Shown in pieces: positions 9,684 to 19,467 of a stretch of 38,523 nucleotides of DNA; the stretch's first letter is position 1; each line of letters begins with the position of its first letter. The notes below the pieces were generated by a model. It did no database searches. It was given only the letters and a program-made list of their open reading frames with translations, and was not told where the DNA came from. A program made the position numbers and the translations under genes. Source of the DNA: a virus (Duplodnaviria; Heunggongvirae; Uroviricota; Caudoviricetes); IMG/VR virus record IMGVR_UViG_3300028797_000094, positions 1 to 38,523 of that record; one strand, written 5' to 3'.

Positions 9684-10748
9684 ATGATTAATTTATTAAC
9701 TCCGATAGAAAAATTAGACAGAAATGCTTGGATAAATGCTTATATTATTTTACCAAATGGCATATCTCAAAAATTTCCAGACTATGTATTTAGCTTAACT
9801 TTTAATTCAAATAATAGTATGGCTAATATTATAAGTTTATGCAAAAAACTTTATAATTGTGTTTGTGCAAAAACAATTGATGCATCAGCTTATGACATAC
9901 TTTGTACACTTGCTAAAGATACTGATTTTGTAGTTAAAAATAGAGATAGTTTTTCTCCACATAGTACACACAAAAGTAGACATATTGATTATGAACTAGC
10001 ATGTAAGTATTTTATTGATTGGACAAATGAGATAGGAATAATTTGGAATGATGAATTATTATCAAGCCAAGGGGCTGAAGAACTTAAAAAAACATACTTA
10101 GGTCAAATTATTACTATGTCAAAGATGTTTAAATCACAACAATATAATAATGCAACAAAAGCTAGAACAAATGCACCTAGTCAAGGAATTAAGGGACAAC
10201 CAAAAAATGCTTATAAATCTACTGGAAGTCAACTTAATAATGCTGTTGGACTTTTAAGTACACCTGGTCAAAAAGAAAATGTTCCAAAAACAATTTATAA
10301 AATTGTCGCTGATCAAATTGGAGCAAATATTCCAGCTATATTTGTAAAACCAGTTGATAATCCAGCACATGGTTTTCATGCTCGTGCAAATGCAAATAAT
10401 GAGCTGATTATAAGAGCAAGCTCTGGAAATGGCTATACAGATTTACCTTGCTATTTTACTGATTATGATAGTGCTAAAGTTTATTTACAAAAATTCTTGG
10501 CAAGTGGTAAAGGTAATAAATTCAATAATTGGACAATTAAGCCTGTGCTTGCCAGAAAAAGTGGCTATTATAAATTTAAAACTGAATTTGGACCTGTTTA
10601 TCTTGGGGCAGAAAAATTAAATGAACAACTTGGCATAGTTGAAGGTAGTGAAATTTTACAAGAAGCCCCAGAAGAATTTGAAGAAGATTATAATTTTAAA
10701 ATAGATAATCCAATTGAATTTGCTGAAATAATGATGAAATATGAATAA
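9684..10748 (+). CDS. Hypothetical protein
   Basis: AAGGAG RBS, 354 aa, acidic C-terminal tail after EKLNE/EILQE. Confidence 0.75.
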   Translation: MINLLTPIEKLDRNAWINAYIILPNGISQKFPDYVFSLTFNSNNSMANIISLCKKLYNCVCAKTIDASAYDILCTLAKDTDFVVKNRDSFSPHSTHKSRHIDYELACKYFIDWTNEIGIIWNDELLSSQGAEELKKTYLGQIITMSKMFKSQQYNNATKARTNAPSQGIKGQPKNAYKSTGSQLNNAVGLLSTPGQKENVPKTIYKIVADQIGANIPAIFVKPVDNPAHGFHARANANNELIIRASSGNGYTDLPCYFTDYDSAKVYLQKFLASGKGNKFNNWTIKPVLARKSGYYKFKTEFGPVYLGAEKLNEQLGIVEGSEILQEAPEEFEEDYNFKIDNPIEFAEIMMKYE

Positions 10749-10762
10749 AAGGGAGAATTAAA

Positions 10763-12073
10763 ATGAAAATATTTAAGGAATCTAAAAGACTTGTAGAAGA
10801 TGCAAATACACCTAATGTTAACGATATTTCAACAGACAAACTTGCTGATATTGTTCAAGATGAAATTGCAGATGAAGGTAAAAAATTAACAGATGCAGAA
10901 GCTAAACAAGCAGCTCAACAAGTTAAAACTCTTGGTGCTAAAATGGCTGACACAAGCTTAGCTACAGAAAATGCTTTAACAAAAGCTCTTGATAAATGTT
11001 TAAATTTTGCTCTTGATGAAGATGAAGATGGTTGAAATAACCTTTTAATCGTTGGTTTACCAGGCTCTGGAAAAACTGCTATTGTTAACCAATGAGGCGA
11101 TCTTCGTAATGTAAAAATTGTTTTTATTGATGCTAAAAATAGAGATTTACCAACTGCTATTTCTGGTATGCCTGCAAGAGATACAAATGACCCAACTAGT
11201 GTTGCAATGTTAAGAACTACTTATCTTAATCCATTAGACGATTTAAGAAAACTTAATAAAAAAACTGGAGAAGTACTTGAAGATGAAGAGCCTTATAGAG
11301 GTGTTGTATTATTCTTAGATGAATTAAACCGTGCTAAAGGCGATATTCGTGGTTCAGTTTTAACTTTAATTAATGAACATAAAGTTGCTAATGGTAAAAA
11401 TGGTGCTACAAGATATTTTGATAAATTATTATTTACTGTAGCTGCTATTAACCCAACAGAACAAGGCGCTTCAGCAATTGATAAATTAGACTCTGCTGAA
11501 AAATCTCGTTTCTTAAAACACTTAGATTATGATAGTACAGTAAGTGCAGCTAAAAACTTCTTTGAACAATATTTTAATACAAAGATTAAATATATTCTTG
11601 ATGATAAAGATAATCCAAATTTTGCAAAAAGATATATTAAAGCTGTCAGACAAAAAGAATTAGTATTATATCTTTTAACAAGTGTTCAACCTGTTTTCAA
11701 ATTTGATGATAGAGAAGAATATCAAATTACTCGTCGTGAAGATAGAAACTTATTATGTCAACGTACTTTAACAGATGCTATTAAAGCTTGTGATGGAACT
11801 GTTAAGGATTTTATTGAAACTTGTGAAGAAGCTAATTTCTTACCTAAAAAGTTAGATATGATTAAGAGAATTTTAAATGGCTATAAAGATCCAGATGTTG
11901 AACTTCCAAAAGATGCTGCTGCACCTAAACCTGAAAGTGATATAGAAGATAATCCAGAATTATTTGATGGTAAAATAAATACTGGTAGTGGAAGAGATAA
12001 TATTTTCCAACAAAGTGCATCTGATGTTAAATCAACTGTAGCTAGTGCAGTAGATAGCTGGGACGATATGTAA
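10763..12073 (+). CDS. MoxR-family AAA+ ATPase (436 aa, 2 TGA)
   Basis: Read-through gives G(W)NNLLIVGLPGSGKTAIVNQ(W), the Walker A motif. Also Walker B LFLDELNRA, VAAINP sensor and LDSAEKSRF arginine finger. Confidence 0.9.
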
Positions 12074-12086
12074 AAAGGAGACATTT

Positions 12087-13295
12087 ATGTCAAAATTCAG
12101 TAAATTATTCGAAGCGCCAATAACACAAACTATGTCAGATAGAGAATTAAATTTACATGAAAAAATTAGACAAATTTTAATAGATGACGGTCATGGCGCT
12201 CATCATAAAAAATTTGCTGAATTATTTCAATATTTTGATGTAAATATTATCTCAATTGATGAAGATCCTGAATGTACTGCTTATATGGATGATAAGCATT
12301 ATACAATAGGTATTGGTGAAGGTTTTGTTTTTTCACCAGCTTATTTATGACAACTTGGTGTTATTGTTCGACATGAGCTAGCACACTTTATGCTTAGACA
12401 TACTTTAAAATATATGCAATTATTAAGTAAGGAAGCAATGGAACATTTTAATTATAGTAGATCAGTGCATGGTTTATTAAATATTATTGCTGACTTTGAA
12501 ATCTCTAATAAAGTATATTCTGTTAAAGATAAAGGTGTTATTCGTAAATTAATGCTTAATGGGAAAATTATACAAGGTTTAGTAACAGAAGATAGTAGAT
12601 CAGATTGAAAGAGACTTTCAATTGAACAAATGTATAAAAAGCTTGAAGCTGAGATTTATGCAGATCAACAAAAATTAAATCAATTAGCTAATAGTAATAA
12701 TGGTGGTGATTTAAGTGCTACAAATGATTATGTTACAGCTAATATTAGAAAAGCCTCTTTAAAGTATGCATATATGGATACATCTAAACCACGTTTTAAA
12801 TCTGTTCCAAACTGATTAGCTGGTTTAGAAAAAACTGTTCCAGCTATTAAAAACTATCCTGATTTTATGAAAAAATTATTTGCATCTGTTTATGCAGAAT
12901 TTGCTGATGAATCTGAAAAAGTTTTAGAAGATGCAATTAAAACAGTAAAAGATTCTGCTATTATTGAACCTGCTATTATTAAAAAGATAAAAGTTTTTAC
13001 ACCAGAAGAAAAATTAGTAGTTCTTTGTATTTTAGCTTCAATTTTACATAAAGACAAAGCTGTTGATGATGATGAACAAATAAAAATGACTATTAATGTT
13101 AAGCATCAAAAACATTCACCAGAATATGTTGCTTCTTATAATGATACAATAGCAAACTTAAGTGATAAAGATATTAATACTTTAGATTTATATCAAGTTT
13201 TACGTGAGCTTGAAGCTATTATAAAACAAAATCATGAAGAAAATATTACTGGTATTATAGAAGATGCAGCTGCACATGAAAAAGGAGATGAATAA
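12087..13295 (+). CDS. HExxH zinc metallopeptidase of the MoxR/vWA-associated type (402 aa, 3 TGA)
   Basis: Four track fragments are in one frame. CTAYMDD, then GVIVRHELAHFMLRH, then NIIADFEIS (third ligand region). Confidence 0.85.
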
Positions 13296-13298
13296 TTT

Positions 13299-15086
13299 AT
13301 GAAAATGAGTGATTTCACAAATAAAAAATTAGCTGATTTATCTCCAGAAGCTCGTCGTGCTGCAGTTGATGCTATTAATGATATTATTGCTAGTCGTCAA
13401 AAAAACGGTGGTATGGGCAGTTTTCCACTTGGTGGTGGAGGAGATGTTGATATAGATATTGATCCAGATCTTAATAAGCCTGAACCTCAAAATAATGATG
13501 ATATGGAAGACCTTTTAGATGATATTGATATTGATATTAATGACCCAGAAGATCTTTTACCAGAAGAAGATGGAAAAAATGGTAAAGGTAAGGGTAAAGG
13601 TAAGGGTTCTTCAAAAGATGATCAAGATTCAGATGAAAAGTCTGATGACAATGATAATGAAGGTGATGGCACAGGTAAAGACGGTCAAGACAAAGATGAT
13701 AATAAAGCTGATACTAAAGCTAATGGTCAAGGACAAGGTAAAGACCAAGATAAAGATACTAATAGTCAAAATGATAGTGGTGCTGGTGAGCAAGGTGAGC
13801 AAGATTCTGATGAAGATAAATCAGGTCAAGGAAGCTCCAATCAAAAGGGTACTGATGACAACTCATCTGACCAAAAAAATCGTAATGGTGCCTCAGATAA
13901 TATAGATTTTGATACTGGTAGTACTAATAGCGAGCAAGATACTGATAATGATAAAAATACTAGTAGTAAAGCTCAACAAGAATATCAAGGCTATGAAGAA
14001 AATGAAAATGATCCTCGCTTTGATCCAGATGATACAAAACAGCAATCTGGTGGAGATATTGCTGGTAATCAAAATAAAATAGACTATAAACAACATCAAA
14101 TTAATAGAACAATAAATGAAATTAAAGAAACTATTAAAGCAGCTAAAAATAATCCAAAAATTAGTCAAGATACTATTGATAAATTAGAAAAAGATTTAAA
14201 AGACCTTCAAGAAAATAAAGACAAATATTCTAAGATGACTGAAGATCAACTTGGTGATGTTTTAAATAGTTATATTAATGATATTGATGCTGTAAGACCT
14301 GTTTATAAAACTCCTGATACTTCTAAAAGAGGTACTCGTATCAAAAAATTAACTAATGATGAAAAATTCCAAAAAGCATTAGATGATGAGGAATTTGAAA
14401 ATATTCGTAAAGCTGCACTTGATGCTGAAAAAGAAAAGTATCTAAAAGATAGAGAAAATGAAATTAATAAGTATAAAAATTTTGATACTTTACATGATTT
14501 TGAAATTGATCTATATGATACAATAAAAGACCAAGTACAAGAGTACGAAAATAGTATAGATTCTTATTCAAGAATAAATTCAAGATATGAAGATGAAGAT
14601 AATGTTATTATGCCTGGTGAACTTATAACAGATGAACAAAGACTTGAAAAACCAACTATTCAAGTTTATTATGACCAATCAGGCTCTTGAAGTTCAGCTG
14701 ATACTAAACGTGGAGATAAAGCACTAAAAGTTTTGCAAGAAATGGTAGAAAAAGATTTAGTTAAAATTCAAATCTATTATTTTGCTAATAGGATTGCAAC
14801 CGATAGAAATACTTATATTGGTGGTGGTACTACTGCTTGACCACAAATTTGTAATAATATTGTAAATAGTGCAGCTAAAAATGTTATTTTAATGACTGAT
14901 ACAGATATGGATAGCCAAGCTGCTAGCGGCCCTGTTATAGAGGTTCCAGGTTGTGTATGAATTATTTGAAAAAATGGTCAACAAAGTCTAAATATTGCAA
15001 AAAAATTAAGAGGTGTTGCAGATGGTTCTAAAGGCAATCGTCAATATGCATTTGATTCACGCGCACCATTAGATGATGAAGATTAA
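13299..15086 (+). CDS. vWA-domain protein with long acidic low-complexity linker (595 aa, 4 TGA)
   Basis: MIDAS motif YYDQSGS(W), GGGT and ILMTD. D/N/G/Q/S/K-rich disordered region at about 13430-14060. Confidence 0.85.
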
Positions 15087-15104
15087 TATTAAGGAGATAT
15101 AAAT

Positions 15105-15659
15105 ATGAAAGTTTTAAAAGAATCAAAGGAAAAATTACCAATTGATTTTATTACTCAATTTATTTCAAAAGGTTGAGAAGAAGTTGGAAATTTAAAAGCA
15201 AGTATTGATGCAATTAAACAAACTTTTTCTGATGTTAAAGATATTGCAGATATTCTTCAAGACTTATCAGATGCATATTTAATTGCTATTGGACAAATGC
15301 AAGGTGTTTTACAAGATAAGAAATATGTTGATGTCCCAGAAGAAGTAAAAGATAACTTAAAAGAATCTTTAAATGAAGAACTTCCAGATGCTAAAACTTT
15401 AGGCTTAGACAAACCTGAAGAAGAAGCTGCACCTGCTGAAGAACCAGCTCCTGCTGAAGAAGAAACACTTGCTCCTGAATTAGATTTAGAAGATGAAGAT
15501 GTTAAAGAATCTTTAAATGAAGATGTTACTATCATTATTAATGATGAAGATAAACCTTCATTTGATGGTGCTTTTGAATATTTCTGTGATTTTGATGATC
15601 CAGAACCAAGTGAAGAAAATCTTCATGCACAAGCTTATCCTTTTGTAAAGCAACTTTAG
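15105..15659 (+). CDS. Acidic hypothetical protein, possible internal head protein (184 aa, 1 TGA)
   Basis: AAGGAG RBS, MKVLKES start, KESLNE twice, and a helical hairpin resembling a degenerate ferritin-like pair. Confidence 0.6.
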
Positions 15660-15690
15660 TAACTTTAGTTTAATAAAATATTAAAAAATT

Positions 15691-15718
15691 AGTCTAATTG
15701 TTATAATTAGACTTTTTT
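15691..15718 (+). terminator. Putative intrinsic terminator
   Basis: AGTCTAATT-gttat-AATTAGACT followed by a T-run. Confidence 0.65.
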
Positions 15719-15719
15719 A

Positions 15720-15731
15720 TTTGCTAAATTA
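15720..15731 (+). promoter_or_regulatory. TTTGCTAAATTA motif copy 3
   Basis: Directly after a terminator, upstream of ATG 15808. Confidence 0.7.
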
Positions 15732-15807
15732 TTTGATGGAATGTCGGTCTTATTCCTTTCACCGACATTTCGTCATTTAAAATGATAATAAATAAGGAGA
15801 AATACCT

Positions 15808-18800
15808 ATGCAACATAATAAAAGTTTATTAGAATTCTATTTAGATGATATTGATCAAGTTAATGAAGCTCTAACTGAAGGCTTATCTTGGGATGATAAA
15901 GTGGCAGAAGCTGACAAATTATTAGCTGAAATTTGTAATAAATTATCTGTTTATGCAGATGATACTGATGGTTATTGACAATCAGAAGATACTTGATGTA
16001 ATAGAAATTTATATTATATTAATAATTTTGATATTGATGATAAAAATCTTCTTGAAAAGCTTATAGATGAATATAATAAAAAACTTGAAGGTTGTGAATT
16101 CTATTATTATGAAGATGAAGATACTGATGAAGAAGATGACCCAGTTAGTGAAATTGGTTATATATTAGAAGATATTTCAGTAGTTGGTGAATCTTTAACA
16201 GAAGATAAGAAAAAGAAAAAACCTTATTCTTCAATTACATATACAACTGGTGATATTGCACATAATCTAAGACAATTCAATAAACGTATGGGAACAGATT
16301 TCCCTGGTAATGATAATAATAACCCAAGCACAGAAGAAGCTAAGGCTGCTGCACAAGCTGCTAATGGAGAAATTAGTGGTTCAGCTGGTGAAGTTAGTGG
16401 TGCAAGTGGCGAAGTTAGTGGTTCAAATTCTGCAACTAGTGGTGCAAGTGCTGGTGGTGCTTGTGCTGAAAGTTTAGAAGAAGGAATTGTTTTTTCTGAT
16501 AAAGCTCAAAGAGTTCAAATTAAAGATTTACTTGGAACTGAAGATGAATATATTTTAAATAGACTTCAAGCTGGTCGTGATGGCGGCGATGCAATGGGCT
16601 TTGGCTCAACTCCTCATAGACTATCTAAAGAAGATTTAAACTTATTAAAAGATGAATGAATTTATATTGAAGATGACGGTGAATGCTGGTGGGCATGCTT
16701 TGAAAAACCTGTTGCTGAAATTAGAAAACTTTTAGGTTTAGATGAAAATTTAAAAGAAGACTTTGATGATGAAATTCAATATGATGAAGAAGGTAATGAA
16801 TTATTCACACCAGAAGAACAAGAAGAATATGAATGTGATGAATGAGGCTATAGCAATGATGGTTATGACCAATATCATCACTGTGGCTGATGTAAAGAAA
16901 TTTATCCAGAATCTGATATGAGACAAGAAGCTGATTTTGGTTGATTATGTGATAGATGCCAAGATGAATTACATTATCATGGAGGACCATTAATGTTTAT
17001 TGAATGTAAAGAAAATGAAGCTTTAGATAATAAAGTTTGTATTACTTTTGAATGTCCAGAATGTGGATATGAATGAGATGAAACATTTGAAAAAGATTAC
17101 TTTGAAGATGAAGATGACTTAGATGATGTTATGAATAATTCTACTAATGAATGTCCAGAATGTGGCTGTGAAGATTGTTTTGCAAAATCATCTGAATATT
17201 TAACAGAAGATACTTTATATCCATCAAAGAAAGATAATTTTGGAGATGCTATTGAGCTTCCAGCAGAAGTTAAATTAATTGATTCTAAAAAAGTACTTGA
17301 AGTATTAAATAAGCTTGAACCAGAAGAAGAATTTACTGTTGGCTATATTACTCCTGTATTCTTCTATAAAAACTTAATTGATAAATTCCAATTATTAAAG
17401 TGCACAGAATTAAAAGGTACTACTGGTATTGACTATATTGAAGCACGTGTTGGCGATGATGCAAATAAACAAGCACGTTTAGATATTGCCAATAAAACAA
17501 AAGACCTTGGACAAAATAAAGGTGTACATTTAGATAGATGGCCAAATGCTAAACAAGTAGGTGATTTCTCAGCTCAATATTCTGTAAATAATAAAGTAGT
17601 TGTACAACCAAACGGTGAAACAATTTTATTCTATCCAGTTGTTGGACAAAGACCAAAAGTTCGTTATTATTTAAGAACTTATAATGCAAATACTGTTACA
17701 TGAACTGATTGAACTTTAGTTAAACGTGAATTCTTAGAAGATACTATTATAAGATATGTTACATCTATTAAAGATAAATTAGTTGTCTTTAATAAAAATG
17801 GTAAAGCTGCAGCATCTCGTTGAGAAATTGCTGATTTACGTAAAAAAATTGAAAAACAATTAGAGATTGATACTAAGACTATTGAAGCAGTTACTATTGA
17901 TGCTGAAGATAGATGAGAAACAAGATCAAGATTATCTAATGGTAATGTTGCAAAACCTCAAGTAAGAGCTTTATATATAAATCAAGTATTTTATTTAGAA
18001 GCTAATAATCAATATTGAGGTGTTGATATTTTAATGAATGAAAGTTTAAATAAAAATAACAAACCTTTAACAGAAGCTAAACGTTATGTTAGACGTTATT
18101 TCGTTCGTCCTCAACAAATTTTCTGTAGTAATAAATCAGAAATTTTAAAGACTTTAATTGAACTTGGTGATGAAAACTGTTCAGTTTATACTTTAAATAA
18201 CCTTGGTGATGTTAAAGATGTTACTAAATTAACTAATGATGATATTATTTATTATTATGATGATGGAATTCTTTATGATAAAAATCATGTTAAAGTAATG
18301 GATTATGATTTATCTATTAAACATGAAGAAGATCGTAAAAAATATTCTACTGAACCAACAACTTCAGAATTAGCTGGTGATGAATATGATGACAGAATGA
18401 CTAAAGCTACTGTTGTTGAATACTATGATGGTAATAATGAAAATGTTGATCCTCAATCAACTGTAAAACCAAGCAAGGAGGTTCCTATTGTGGACTGTAA
18501 AAAATATGATGTTGTAACACATTCTGAAGATGAAAAACCTTTGGATTGTAAAATGGAAAAGAAACCATTAGAAAAACCTTTAACTGAAGAAGCTGATGAA
18601 TTTGTTGAATTAACAGATGAAGACTTTGAAGAAAGCTTGACTGAAGCTAAAAAAGATGAAGATGAATTACCTCCAGATCCAGAAGTAGTAAAATTAGAAA
18701 CTCACCAAGAATTAAATGATTTAGTTGCTGGTGAAATTAGTACTATTAATGATTATGAAGAAGTAAAAGCTGATATTATAGAAAAACCAGTTGAACATAA

Positions 18801-19446
18801 AGATGATATCATTGATACTATTAATCATATTGAAGATGAAGAAAAAGAACATATTGATGAATTATCTAAGACTGTTTCAGAAATTCCATTTGGTGGAAGT
18901 CATAAAGAAGCAGCTCCTGCTCCAGTAGTTGAAGCTGAACCTGAAGAAGAATTTGTTGAACTTACTGACGAAGATTTAGAAGAAGACTTTGATGAAGAAG
19001 CTCCCGAAGCTGAAGATAAATATTTTGCTTGTATTATTGATGATATAGGTGTTATTGGTTATGTTAAAGCAAAGGATGAAATGGAAGCATACGCAAAAAT
19101 GGAAGATATCTGACCAGAGTATTGTTATAGCAATTACGATGGATATGCTACTGTAGAAGAAGCTACTGCAGAAGAAGTAGAAGAAAATGAATTATATGAA
19201 TCAGTAGATATCAGTAATGTTGATAATGAATTTGATTTAGCTTTTGAATCATATAATGTTTATGGTGAAAAATTAACTGAAGCTAAAAATGATAAATTCA
19301 CTTGTTGTATTTGTGGCGAAGAAAGTTATGGCTATGGAAATAACCCTTATCCAGTAAAAGATGATGGTAGATGTTGTGATAGCTGTAATGCAAAATTTGT
19401 AATTCCTGCAAGAATTGAAGCAATGCATAATAAAAAAGATGAATAA
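15808..19446 (+). CDS. Large acidic multi-domain protein (1212 aa, about 13 TGA) with several Zn ribbons and a ferritin-like domain; putative head cargo polyprotein
   Basis: Single frame from ATG 15808 to TAA 19444. Contains CG(W)C..CDRC, CPECG twice, CCICG..CCDSC, and GEISTINDYE...IEDEEKEHIDEL (ferritin-like E..ExxH). Confidence 0.75.
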
Positions 19447-19467
19447 TTAAAAATAAGGAGGAAGTTT

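Noticed and set aside
13519-13905. Alternative-frame plus-strand ORFs (13519-13905, 7202-7411, 10429-10620 and others)
   Set aside because: They are Met/Ile/Lys-rich by-products of GAT/AAT-rich codons in the true frame.
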